From the NCBI GenBank assembly GCA_037447605.1, contig CM074810.1:682001-746000 (forward strand): a DNA stretch of 64,000 bases. The letters are read 5' to 3'. Shown piece after piece: positions 1-27,095 of this stretch. The number at the start of each line of letters is the position of its first letter. The stretch's first letter is position 1. The translations under genes were made by a program, and so were the position numbers. This DNA is from Zygnema circumcarinatum SAG 698-1b. Lineage: Eukaryota; Plantae; Zygnematophyceae. The notes below the pieces were generated by a model. That model saw nothing but the letters and a program-made list of their open reading frames with translations, ran no database searches and had not been told where the DNA came from.

Positions 1-230
1 GGAGAGGGAGAGGGAGAGGGAGAGGGAGAGGGAGAGGGAGAGGGAGAGAGGGAGAGAGGGAGAGGGAGAGGGAGAGGGAGAGGGAGAGGGAGAGGGAGAG
101 GGAGAGAGGGAGAGGGAGAGGGAGAGGGAGAGGGAGGAGGGAGAGGGAGAGGGAGAGGGAGAGGGAGAGGAAGGGAGAGGGAGAGGGAGGAGGGAGAGGG
201 AGAGGGAGAGGGAGAGGGAGTGGGAGAGGG
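1..230. repeat. (GGGAGA)n purine simple repeat, in a BEACH gene intron
   Basis: Near-perfect GGGAGA hexamer array, lying beyond the minus-strand GT donor at 313-314. Confidence 0.95.
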
Positions 231-314
231 ACCAAACGAAAGCCGTTATCAATTCGTTGGCCATCAATAGCTACACAGAGGAGAGAGAGAGAGGCAGACA
301 TGCCGATTCCTCAC

Positions 315-15131
<14,817 letters not shown>

Positions 15132-17485
15132 GGCTGCTTCTCAACCCCTCATGCACCACTTGGAAGATCTTAAAGCCATATAGCAACTATCAGATAAAGG
15201 TTTGCAAGTAGTAATGTGAATCGCATGGAACAAAAAAAAACTAATCCACAATTAGCAGTAGAAATCCCTTTCACGTTTGCTTTCTGTTGAAATCTGCTGG
15301 GTAATAAAAGGAATATTTTCTGAAACTTGAAGGCCTAGAGTGGAGTGAAGAATGTTCCGCATCGAAAGGGCATCAGCTGCAAAGCAGAGCAAATAAAATA
15401 CGTCAGATAGGAAAACGACGACGAGTTGTCGAATAGCACTGTGCAAGACATCACACACCCTGCCCGCTTATCTCCTACCTCACCCCCTTCCCCTCCTCTC
15501 CCGCTCCATTTACTCCCCACCGGCTTATCTCCTTTTTTCTCTTTTCTCCTCCCTCCTATCGACCTCCCGTCTCTTTTCCAGAACTTGACCAGGCAGTCGC
15601 CCAGCACAAGTGCAGGCGCCATTAAGGGCAAATTTAGTTTATAATGAACAATCAACACTCCGAATCGCTTATCTGCCCTTCCAGTGAGCAATCAATAAGC
15701 AAGCCTAGTTTTATATTCCAATTACCAAGCAGTAATGTCTTGACGGTTGACGATTACTAAAATGGAACTCAAAAGCTAAAGGTCTTTTGAGAACCATAAA
15801 AATTCTGCGACAAAAGCAATACCCGACAGTGCTCGAGCCCATAGAATTCAATTTGCGATAACATTGCAAGTTATTGAACCCTTCGTAACTTCCTTTGATT
15901 AGGAGCCACTCTCAAGACGTTGTACTCTCTTGAGCGTACAGACTTCAAAACCAGGGGTAGGGACGAGTTAAAACGTAGTCTAGAGAGGCAAATGTGAGGG
16001 TCGACAAAATTCTAATCGGCCCATATTGCTATCAAAGGGAGTTTTCAAGATGTAGAAGTCTCTATTTGAAGTTTAAAAAACTCCTAAAAGCTCTCCTTTC
16101 TACAATGCCTCGGCTTGACTGTATTCATTAATTAATCTCTCGTCTTGACTAATGAATTAGCCTGAACTTCATCCAAAGATCTCTGTGCTTGATCTATACC
16201 GTACGACCTAAATAGTGACTCACCTTTGCTTGAGCAGAACCGTCTCTGTTTATTGCGTTTGATTTTTTTTATGAAGTGTTAAACTGTTATCATGACTCAA
16301 AAGGAAAATACATCAATTTTCGTCACATTCCATTCAACTTAAGCTCCTGATGGCAAATAGTGCTCGTAATAGTGGTAGTGCTACCACTGCAGTATTCTAC
16401 CACTGCTTTCAGGACTTGTAGCCCTACCGTTACCATTTTTTTTTCAGAGTTTTGTTTACATATAGAAAGGGAAGGCACGGGTGTTAAGTTGTGTCGTCAC
16501 ACTGAATACTTTTATCGTACAATGAATGCGAGAAAAAAAATAAACTTGTTAGTTTCAGGATGTATTCTGCGCATGGAGTGCATGATGGTTCATGTGTGCG
16601 CGTGCAACGTCCAACAAACAGCCAAACCCTAAGTTTACAAAGCAGACATGGACCTACCGTTGGCAAAGCACTTGCCAAATGATCACATTTGTTTCACAGA
16701 GCTCATCTGAATCCGCCACTTACCGCATTGCTTGAAAGAAATATCTTCTGAACAAGAGGGTGAGGATAAAAAAAAGGAGAAAACGAAGGTATCAACCACT
16801 ATTTCTATTCCTTCTCGTCTCCCATTCGCTTCTTTCTCTTTCTTCCCCCTTCCTGTTATCTACCATCACCCCTACCTCTACGTCCACCCTTCTCATCCTC
16901 TCTCTGCCTCTCCCTCTGTCTTCTTACCCTTCCTGCCCCTTTCCCCCCTTACAAATCTCACCCCCCTCGTTTTGACCCCCCCTTCTCCCCCTTTCTCCCT
17001 CTCCCCCCTTACCACTCCCCTCTCCGTCTCCCTCTTTCCCCTTACCACTCCCCACTCCGTCTCCCTCTTTCCCCTACCCCTCCCCTCCCGTCCCTCCCCT
17101 CCCCTCCCTCCCCTCCCTCCCTCCCCTCCCCTCCCCTCCCTCCCCTCCCCTCCCCTCCCCTCCCTTCCCCTCCCCTCCCCTCCCTCCCCTCCCCCTCTCC
17201 CTCTCCCTCTCCCCCCCTGCCCGCCTCACCTCCTGCTCCACGGCTCCGCCTCCTCCGCCCTCCCCGCGGAGCCTTCCAGGAGCGCTGCCACGTGGCAAGC
17301 GACCGCACCGCCTTCCCAACCGGGCGGGGGAGCGTCAAGCCCGTTCCATGTCCAACCCGCGACGCTGCTCCGTTGCAGCGCACTGCAAACTGCGGCGCAC
17401 CATGGAACGGCGACCGAAGGCCCAACGGTAACAAGGGCGGGGCCGCATGCGGACTGTGTTACCGTACGGACAGGCGGCTGAAGCT

Positions 17486-17557
17486 ATGTTTATGTTAGGG
17501 TCAGTAATAACGGTAATAACCATGTTTATGTTAGGGTCAGTACTAACGGTAATAACC
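17486..17557. repeat. 36-bp tandem duplication at the hAT insertion site
   Basis: ATGTTTATGTTAGGGTCAGTA(A/C)TAACGGTAATAACC twice, starting at 17486 and 17522. Confidence 0.9.
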
Positions 17558-18437
17558 AGGCCTCTTCAAATAGGGGAGATCCCCTAAATATCGTAAATAG
17601 CTTATTTATGTAAGATTTTGAGATTAGTTTACGTGATTTCAACTTAAATACCACACAAGCCCCAAAAAAGTATTTTTTTGGTTAAAAACAAAAAGGAAAT
17701 GAATTGCATTTGCAACCACAATAGCAATGATGTATATGAACTTTACTTGTTGGTATAACAACACGGCTTTAGAAACTGGTGCAACCTCTTCGACTCTTAT
17801 AGATTGGTAAATTTTACCAATCAATTAGAACAACTGTGCATTTGGCAATCACAACATATAGTTGCTTATTCAAAAACCCAATTGCACTGAAACTTTGTAG
17901 ATCCAATCCTAAGCTCTCTATTTCTTTTTCCATCCATCATTAATTACTCCAAGTATCACTTTAGAATCCATCATAGTCTTGAAATTTCCTCACAAAAACT
18001 CTATTCCAAATCATAACCTCTGAAATTCTAGGTGTAGTCACAAAAGAAAAACTGAAATAGGAACTAAAATTAGAAATGAAATGAAAAATGGTCTCACTCC
18101 CTTAGGAGTTTTAGGCTGATCAAGACAGCTATAGAAGTGATGCAAACTACTCAAAGAGACCCTCGAAGAGTGGTCAAACTATCAAATTGCAGTGAAGAAT
18201 GCCTTCCAATGAAAAGTCTGTCAACCTCTTTCGAAACTCGTCTTTCTCCCATCCAATTACTGAAAAATCAGACTCGACAGTAGCAGTGTTGGGAAATGAT
18301 GAAGCAAGGTCTCCACAAAATTCTCGTCCGTACGTGCACGGTTTCGTCCGTACAGCCCATATTTACGTGTTTTTACAAAACCAAGTTAGGGGACAGTCCC
18401 CTATCTTATGCCGAAATCTCCTATTTGAAGAGGCCTG
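17557..18437. mobile_element. Non-autonomous hAT-superfamily DNA transposon (881 bp)
   Basis: Perfect 18-bp TIRs CAGGCCTCTTCAAATAGG / CCTATTTGAAGAGGCCTG; 8-bp TSD GTAATAAC at 17549-17556 and 18438-18445; AT-rich interior with no transposase ORF; a related copy lies at ~49136-49684. Confidence 0.9.
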
Positions 18438-18474
18438 GTAATAACCGCTACCTTACCGTACAGGCACCAGGGTA

Positions 18475-18576
18475 CAGCAGACCTCCCCAATATTTTCGCC
18501 ATGGTTTCGGCAAATATTGGGCGAAAATATTGGGTAGCGAAAATAAGAGGAGCGAAAATATTGGGGGGGTCTACTG
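18475..18576. mobile_element. Tiny Tc1/mariner-type MITE (102 bp)
   Basis: 25-bp TIRs with 2 mismatches (CAGCAGACCTCCCCAATATTTTCGC / GCGAAAATATTGGGGGGGTCTACTG), TA on both flanks, internal reiteration of GCGAAAATA. Confidence 0.75.
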
Positions 18577-18703
18577 TACAGTAAAGGCTTAAGGTTAGCG
18601 TACGGCGTACCAAATATGTTATAGACGCGAGCGATGTTTGAGTGGATGTTAGAAATAATGGAGACGCTGAAAAAAAAAAGTAGTCTTTCTTTGCTCGGGA
18701 GCG

Positions 18704-18776
18704 TTCCGTTGCCGGGATTTGAACCCGGGTCGCTCGGGTGAGAGCCGAGTATCCTAACCGACTAGACTACAACGGA
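18704..18776 (-). tRNA. tRNA-Glu (anticodon CTC)
   Basis: Reverse complement TCCGTTGTAGTCTAGTCGGTTAGGATACTCGGCTCTCACCCGAGCGACCCGGGTTCAAATCCCGGCAACGGAA folds as a cloverleaf; TATAAA ~30 nt upstream (18804-18809); T-run downstream (A-run 18671-18679 on +). Confidence 0.97.
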
Positions 18777-19377
18777 GATGTAAAAATGAGTTTGTTATTT
18801 AACTTTATACAATTTTCAACGCAGCGACCTTCCCAAAATCATTCTAACAGACTCTCATTTATGATGATGACTTTGTTCATGTACATTTGATGGCATGGCC
18901 ATCGTGAGATCAATGCTACATCCCCACTCTATTTTTATGCATATTTGATCAATGCCACATAGACACCCCCATTTTCATTGTTTCTGCAAGGGCAGATCAT
19001 CTTATGATCGGACTTCTGATCATTGGTCTTACGATGGCGATGCCATTTTGACATAATTTATGTATTTGACTCGATGCTACTGAGGTGAAATCATAAGCAC
19101 ACAGTTCAAGCATCTTGGCACTAAGTGATTTTGTTTGAATATAACCCAAACTTCGAATGAGATTATGATGAAGCACGCTTCCAAAAGACCGCATACGTTC
19201 TCCCTTCAAGGCAGTATTGCCCTTAGACCATACTTTATCAATGGGCTGCAAGTTGATTACAGCCATAAGTCACTGCAATTCCCACAACTGCTGATGTCAC
19301 ATCAACTGCATCCCCTGTACCACCCGCCACAAAACTTCGCCCTGACTCTATAGTTCCCATTGACAGGGTTCAAGTCA

Positions 19378-22300
19378 TCATCTTGTGGGGCTCAACACTG
19401 CCTCCTTCTGCTGCCGCCTGTGCCACTCCACCACATCTCGGTACGCCAAATCGCCGCCAAAAATATCGAGAGCGCTGCCAACTGTGATGTCAACGTAGCC
19501 ATTGCCTGCTCCTCTCACACGCTCGAGATCTTCTATAGTTCGAGCGCCTCCAGCATAAGTCACGGGTATCTTTGAGAAAAGGAAACAACCAAAAAAGGAA
19601 AGAAACCCATCGTCAGTACTTTACCCCCCGCTCTCCTCTCCTCTCCCGCAATTCAAACTTCGGCCGTTCTTTGATTCATTTCTGACTGACTTCCCTTTAT
19701 CACTTTCCCTCACCGCCCCTCCTTCCATTCATCACTGTACCTCAATCGCCATCTCCCCTTCCCATTCCTTCTCCTCATTTATCGTCTCTCTCTCCCTTAC
19801 TACCTCCATTTCGTTACCTCACCAAACTCACCGCTACTTCTGTTTCCTTCTCCCGTTCCCTCCCTCCCTTCCCTCTTACCCTACCTCCACTTCCTTCTCT
19901 CCAGTTGCTGCCTGGCAACTTCCATAAACCTACATCCTTCCCCCCCCCTCTTTCCCCCCTCCCTCCCTCTGTCCCTTTCCCCCCTCCCTCCCTCTATCCC
20001 TTTCCCCCCTCCCTCCCTCTGTCCCTTTCCCCCCTCCCTCCCTCTATCCCTTTCCCCCCTCCCTCCCTCTGTCCCTTTTCCCCCTCCCTCCCTCTGCCCC
20101 TTTCCCCCATGCAGCTTTCCGTACCGGGCTGAGTCGTCCGAGCAAAGCAACAAGTTCCTCGTCCACTCCGAGCCTGCACTCACAACCCCACCCCGAAGGA
20201 AAATTTCTCAATTTACATGGGAACAGTTCAGTCAGTTTAGTTCAAAGCTGTAGCCATTTTCAAGAACTCGAAAGTGACGAGTTGCCACCAGTTCGCACAT
20301 TTGTAGAAGAGAAAGTTACACACTAAAGGATGTTTTCCCAACTTGAAGACAGAGAGACAGGCAAAAAACGAGTAACGAGATTCCCCTTTCCTTCTCCTGT
20401 CCATTTTTCATGGACCGTTTTCTATTCCTTTACTAAGTCCACTTTCAGTCTTCTTTTCCGCATTGGAAAGTCTACTTTCAGTTTTCCTTTCCGCATTAGA
20501 AAGTCTACTTTCAGTCTTCTTTTCCGCATTGGAAAGTCTACTTTCAGTCTTCTTTTCCGCATTAGAAAGTCTACTTTCAGTCTTATTTTCCGAATTGGAA
20601 ATTACACTTTCAGTCTTCTTTTCCGCATTGGAAAGTCTACTTTCAGTCTTCTTTTCCGCATTGGAAAGTCTACTTTCATTCTTATTTTCCGTATTGTACA
20701 AAAGAACTCACCGCATGCCCTCCACGTCCACTCCATGCACCAAAAACTCATCCGCGGACTCTGCCAGCTCAGCAATCGACTGCTGAGTCAAAGCAAGGTT
20801 ACTGAAGCGCTGCCACCTGTCAGTCACCACTCGATATTCTCCATCCTGAAAACAAAATACAAAATGAGAGCGAGGAGGGGGATGGGGGGGGGGGAGGGAG
20901 GCATGTGTGGTAAATAAACAGCATTGGAGATATCCGTTGTAAAATAAAACAAACGAAATCAATTGTTTGCAGGGGATTGCCACTATTGAGAGTCAATGGT
21001 GATCAATGTTTCACCTTTTTCCGGCAGCTAAGGTCCAAAACAAGACGACTCCGCCCAACTGCCTTCACCAACTGCTGTAACCGTTCCAAATCAACTCTGC
21101 CCTCCCTAAACACATACTGGACAAGAGCCACAGCTCAACTATCAAAAGCTGCAGAAAAAAAAGATTAATTTGAAGCTGATTTAGGGGTATAAAGTCCACA
21201 TCTTCCGTGGCAAGAAAGCAAGAAAGTAAGAAAGAAACAACGATGGGACCTTCCATACAACGCCGCGACGGAATAATGGTTCGTGGTTTAGATTGTACTC
21301 GAATTATTTCCGTCCAAGAGCAAGAAAAACAAGACTACTTCTTAAAAAATGAGCAGGCGAAGTAAAAATAGTAATTACCGATGTTACAATGACATGGCTA
21401 GCACCTGCATCGAGATACTTCGCCGCATTTTCCGGCGTTATTCCACCTCCTATTTGTAACCCTCCTGTATATTCCAGACCACGCCAATTGCTACAGTTAA
21501 AATCCATTGGGTATGAAACGACAATAGAGTCGAAAAAAAAAAACGTAATTCTTTCAGATACTGCTTCCTGTTCTTAAGATAAATAGAGCTCCATCTCCTT
21601 ACCGGGGTAGGAGCGAAGGGCCTCCAAAGCTGCATCTTGACTTGCCGGGTCGGCTCCAAGCATGATGACATGCCCTCCCAAAAGGCCATCTTGGCGGTAC
21701 ATTGCAGCATACTCTGCAGACGAAATTTCTGATTCAAAATTTGTGACAAGAGAATCTTCTTGCGCGGAGTTTTCAGATGACCCTAAATCACGTAATGTCG
21801 AACCCACGATCTGTTTAACTTTTCCCTGCACCGCAAACATTATCTGAGAAGCTGTAAGCACTTTGAATACACAAAAGAGGGTTTTTTTGCAGGAATTTGC
21901 GTTCTTAACGAACATAAATCTCTCCCAGAGCTGTTTATAAAGAGCAAAACAAAAGTTCGACTTAATCTAGAAAAGCTGCTTAGCCACTTTATCAGCAGAA
22001 GTTCGCCATGTAGTGTAAGGAATGTGCGCTCGACGTTATTGCATTCCTCTTAGAAGTTTCAACGAAAATTTTGTTTCTCCCATTTCGAGTTCTACCTCAT
22101 CCAAATGCTACCAATGTCATGCACATGCATACTTCTAGATTACTACATACTCGTACATGCTTCTTCATCACACTTTTAAATATTTCTTACTTCTGGACAA
22201 TGTGAGGAATATCTTCGGACTTCACCTTGTGAATGTCGATGCAAGGTCGAAACCGAACGGCCCGTTGAGTCCCTTCACGGCCTTCTGCCTCGACTGCAGC

Positions 22301-22751
22301 GACGGGGCCTGGCACTCTCGCCTTCGACCCACATGAAATAAGATTCTTGGAACTCAAATCCCGGCAAAATTAAAAGAAGAACTAAAACTTGAACTAATCA
22401 AGGGGAAGATTCAAGAATAAGATTCTTGGTAAGTAATGTCAAGTAATACACATGAACTAAACAAGGGGAAGATTCAAGAATAAGATTCTTGGTAGGTAAT
22501 GTCAAGTAATACACATGCGCAAAATAAATGCCACATATGTATCCATTAATAATTCAAGGCATTAATCAGGATTGAAAGAAGAGCAGTACCTGCGATACAC
22601 AGTGCCGCCATGCCTGGAAATCATCAATCTTAAACCCTAAAGTCTCCCAGGATCCCTTCAGAAGCACCCTACCTTGCATGCAAACTGCGTCTGGGGGGAG
22701 CCGGCCGCCATGGCCGTGGAGGCAGAACGAAGAGGCGGAAGCTGCCGCCAT
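19378..22751 (-). CDS. HISN3: ProFAR (BBMII) isomerase of histidine biosynthesis, with plastid transit peptide
   Basis: About 8 exons giving FRPCIDIHK|[77 protein letters not shown], characteristic of the plant/yeast His6-type isomerase. Confidence 0.95.
19951..20100. repeat. 25-bp C/T tandem repeat (~6 copies) in a HISN3 intron
   Basis: Unit ~TTTCCCCCCTCCCTCCCTCT(G/A)TCCC. Confidence 0.85.
20434..20697. repeat. 33-bp minisatellite (~8 copies) in a HISN3 intron
   Basis: Unit AAGTCTACTTTCAGTCTTCTTTTCCGCATT(G/A)GA, head-to-tail with no spacers. Confidence 0.93.
22391..22516. repeat. 63-bp tandem duplication in HISN3 intron 1
   Basis: GAACTAA..CAAGGGGAAGATTCAAGAATAAGATTCTTGGTA(A/G)GTAATGTCAAGTAATACACAT twice. 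Confidence 0.85.
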
Positions 22752-23516
22752 GGCTCCGGCTTCCCTCGCTCGGCCTCCTCCAGGTCCAGCTTGCTGCAGG
22801 AAAAAGAGGGGCCCCCGAAAAGTAATTTATTTCAAATACGACCAGTTGCGTGCGCCAGCTAGAGTCAAGATCCCCAATAAAAATTCGCCACGTGAAATAT
22901 ATGTTGACGTGGCACCACTTTTGGACGTTTTCTGACCCTAAAAGTTCGATGTGTCGCCATGAAAAAGTGGGGAACGCGAATCTTAGAAACCCTAAACCCG
23001 TACGTATTCTGTCCGTACAGTGTCAACTCAATAAAGTAGAAAGCATTGTCTGGATCCGTAAATACCTTATGTTTTCTCCTCAATAAAGTAATCACATGCT
23101 GTTGTATATCCGTACATATCGTATCGTTTACCTCAATAAAGTAAATAACCATCTTGTTTTGTTACATTAGGGGGAGTCAGACCTTGACCATCGCTTACGA
23201 AATTCCCGAATTCCTTGTACTAAAAGTCAAAAATTCGTGTACGAATTCCGGGTCGGGATCCCTGCCTATGCCGTACACAGTCGTACCGAAATGCGTACCT
23301 AGCCAATGCTGAATTCGCCCGACAGGCTTACGAAATTGATTTGGCGATGGTCTACACTTTGACCTCGATAAAGTAGCGAAGCGGTGTCTGGGCCCTGGTG
23401 AAATCGAAATTCCACGTGTCCAGTTATGGACACGTGGCAAATCGCCATTGGTGATGCTGGGCAATAGTGTGCGCAGAGGGACAGAGGGCTTCTGAGAGGA
23501 CGAAGAAGCGCTCGCC
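22752..23516. promoter_or_regulatory. Divergent (likely bidirectional) promoter region HISN3/RDM4
   Basis: 765 bp between opposing ATGs; G-boxes CACGTG at 22889, 23413 and 23431; telo-box AAACCCTAA at 22987; eight GTAC cores at 23000-23298. Confidence 0.6.
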
Positions 23517-26040
23517 ATGGCGGCCATGGACAGCGTGACGGGGGACCGTGCCGCCATGGCTGCTCCGACGCAGGCAGGGGAGGGGGTGCGGGGCAGCTCT
23601 CCGCCGATCAGAGAGGAGGTCTGCGCTCCTCCCTCCTCCTCCGCCATGAAGCCCTCTGAGAGCGAGGAAGAGCCCCGCCTCCCGCGAGGCTCTGAGCCTT
23701 TGGCGGCGGCGGAGGAGGAGGGGAGGCGGGAGGGGGCGAGGCCGACGCTGCTGCGCGTGAAGAGGAAGAGGGATGACTGCGCGGTGGAGGCGCTGTGGCT
23801 GCACAATGAGGGGGAGGGGGGGAGGGAGAAGAGGTCACACGTGGCAGCCATGGAGGGTTTGTCGCTGGGAGGAGGTGAAGGAGATGGAGAAGGAGAAGGA
23901 GAGGAAGGTGTGGAGCTCGACCTTCTCTCCCTTCTCTTAAGTTTTTTTTTTTTTTTTTCTAACTTTCCAGCAAGCAACGCACACACAGGCATTTTTGGGG
24001 CGCTGCTGATTGAAGAAGAGGCAGTTTCTTGATGACGTTGACCCTTTAAATGAGGCCATTAAGAGAGTTAGTCCCAGTTTTTTTTCTGCACATGTCAGTC
24101 TGAATCTTTAAATAAGAATGGAAAACAACAGGAACATGACCAATTACAGCTGGCTGTATGAATTAGGCCTCTGCGAACAACACGTCGATAAAGTTTTATT
24201 CAGACCTCGCTGCTTTAGAAAGTATGTTAATCCTGATGGGTCTTCCACCTTTTAGCTCCTAATTTGATTAATTATTCGACTGTCGCACATCTTCGCAAAC
24301 CTCTGTTTCCCTTAATTTCAATTTAACTGATAGAACATTTCTTTCACGCAGAATCCCGTACGGCCCCTCGGAGTCTTTTTCGTCTTATTGAAACGGTTGC
24401 ATTTTCAAGCGTTAAGAAACGAGCCACGTCTTCCGGCATTCTTTCGAAAATAAAAGAGCGAAGTAATAGTGAAATTTGGAAAGCTGAGCATTTGAAAAGG
24501 CAAGAGAGGCTGCTTGCAACCGCGCGCCAAGCGCAAGAGGTAAGGCCCCCTCCCCTCGCCCCTTCCTTTTTTGTTTCTGGGTCAGGATATCAAACCAGTT
24601 GGCATCCAAATCAGTATAAAAAAAAAAAACTTTTGCAATAAGAAATGCAGGCTAGACTCTGTTCAAAAAAACAACAAGAATTGCGTCTAGGCTGCAGAAC
24701 GAGGCAATCAGAAATAGGTCAAGATTCAGGGGAACGTTTCACTTTGGATCTATGGTTAAAGCTGGCAAAAGTTAGAGTGTGAGCCAACTTATAGGGCTTG
24801 GTTAATGGTTAGAGATAGAGTTCTGGGTTTTGGTTATGGTTATTGTTACCTGCAGAGCACTGTTGTGGAGCTTTAAGGTCTACTGAGGCGGATCTGAGAT
24901 TGCTAAAAATTCTAGTGTTTAGTCTACCCAGCAAAAGCAGTGGATTAGAATAACAGCTGTCGGTAGTCCTTTCTGTACTGCACACGTTCGTAAGTGCCTG
25001 TGGATGTCTTTTGCTTTTCGTTTGTCTACAGAAAGCTGCAAGGAATGCACGGTATGAGCAGATTCTGCGCAGCCGACAGACCACTCGAGCTATCGACGAG
25101 TCAGGTGATGCAATGTCAGAGATTTTTCACCTTTATGATGTGGTGAGAGTGAATACGGATGAGGAAAATGAAAAGGTCCGTCAACGGCAAGCTCGGCGAG
25201 AACAGGCAGAGAGGTATCTCTTTGTGCCCTCTCTTCGACCTTCTCCTACTCTTGACTCCCATATTCATTGCTTTGAAGCACCTTTCTCATTTTAGCATAT
25301 CCACTTTCCCCCTTCTTTTTTCTTTTCAACGATGCAATCTACACTTGTTCAGTTCTGGGAGGCCATATCCTTTCCCGATGTCCTGGGGATTGGAAAGGAA
25401 TCACGTGATTTGCATTCTTTCTTGTGAACTGTCTTCTGTGTGTGGTGAACGATAGTGCTGTTTTCAGACAGTCTTCTCTTCAAATAAGGGAGTTGAGCGT
25501 TTGCTCTTGTGGCATTCATCCCTGAATTGTTGCTGTGCTGTTTTTCCTGCATTAAATATGCAGGGAAGCTTCGTCAAAGGAAGGGCAGCTGCTTCTAAAT
25601 TACATGCCCCTACTTAGAGAGTATGTTCCATCGACTGTAACAGACATGCCGAGCAATAAGGATGATGTTGTCATATCAGGAGAAGACGCAGGTGATATGT
25701 CTGCCACTTGTCAGCTGCTCATGCAAACAGAAGGGAAGAAAGAGTCCGCATTTGTGCTGGGACGGAGAAAACACTGTCCCCCACGAGAAAGCTCTGTGTG
25801 ATAAATCATCGAGAATGCTAATTTTTTTTTTAGTCGTCTTATCTGATCGGGTTTCTTTTTTTTTTTTTTTTGGGGTGCAGATGCCGACGAGGAATACGTG
25901 TATGACGTTTACTACTTAGCCGAGAATGTTTCCGGCGACATGCCTGACTTGGAGGACTGTCCGATGTGAGCTGGCTGATGAGTTTCTTTTGAAGGGGAAG
26001 GGGGGGGGGGGGGNNNNNNNNNNGGGGGGGGGGGGGGGAA

Positions 26041-26079
<39 letters not shown>

Positions 26080-26935
26080 TGTGTGACTGAGAAGGGTAGA
26101 GAATGGGAGGGAGAAAGGGGAGAAATGGGTTTGGGATGGAGATGCCATCTGGGAGGAAGGGGGGCGGGGAGGGGGGGGGGGGAAACGGGATGTGCAGTGA
26201 GAATTTTCTGCTGGAGGAAAGTTACGAAGATTTTAAGGCACAAGGATGAAGAGGACGAGATACTAAACAAATGTGGAAGTCGGACGTTTTCAGAGCTTCA
26301 TTCATGGGGTTGTACTGAGAGTAACGATAAGGGGTCCGTGCTTGCCCTTGCAGAGTGAAGGTCAAAGATGATTTAGAATTTGACTTTACAGAGGGACCGC
26401 CCTCAGATTATGATGAAGAAGACTCCAACGGTAAGTGATGGCAATGAGCCACAGAAGCACAGCTTCGCCAAAGTTCGCTTTTCTTATCTTTTTTTTTGCT
26501 TTTTTCCTTTCCATTGATTAAGTGATATCCCCATCCTTCCTCCCTCCCTCCCTCCCTGTCTCGTTCCCTCCTCGGACTCCCTCTTCTCTCCCACTCTCTC
26601 CCTCGCCCCCCTTCTTCCTCCTCTCCCACATTTGACCTCAATGCTAATTCGGTTGTTCTGTCATTGCCTGAATAGACGAAAACAATCCTGACAACGATTA
26701 TCCTGATGAAGAGGATTCGCAAGATGGCGATGGCCATGATGGCGACTGCCGATCCTTAGGATGGGGCAGCGATGATGAGGAGGAGGATGTCTTTAGCCAG
26801 ACGGGAAAGGACAAATACGCCACGGTTGCATATGATGCTGAGGAAGAAGAAGAAGATGATGATGATGATGATGATGGGCGTAGCTCTCAACAAACAGACA
26901 GCAGTAGCACTGGAGTATGGGCAATGCGCAAGTGA
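23517..26935 (+). CDS. RDM4: RNA-directed DNA methylation 4 / DMS4 (IWR1-like RNA polymerase-associated factor)
   Basis: Exons ~23517-23907, 24352-24539, 25032-25213, 25564-25691, 25881-25965, 26354-26430, 26676-26935. Motifs LRVKRKR..EALWL, ARNARYEQI, FHLYDVVRV, NYMPLLREY, EYVYDVYY, DYDEEDSNDENNPDNDYPDEE (Iwr1 signature). Confidence 0.88.
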
Positions 26936-27095
26936 AGTCAATAAAGTCGTTCTATAACTGATTAAAATATGGAAAGGTCATTCATGTCGTTGTTACAACG
27001 CCATGAATTAAAGGTTGTTGTTCAACATCGTCTGGAAGATGAGAGCTCGACACCCCTTGCTTAGGATTTGTGTGAACGCGGGAGGGTTAATTCTT

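Noticed and set aside
20434-20697. 33-bp repeats as a CRISPR array
   Set aside because: Units are head-to-tail with no spacers, lie in a eukaryotic intron, and there are no cas genes.
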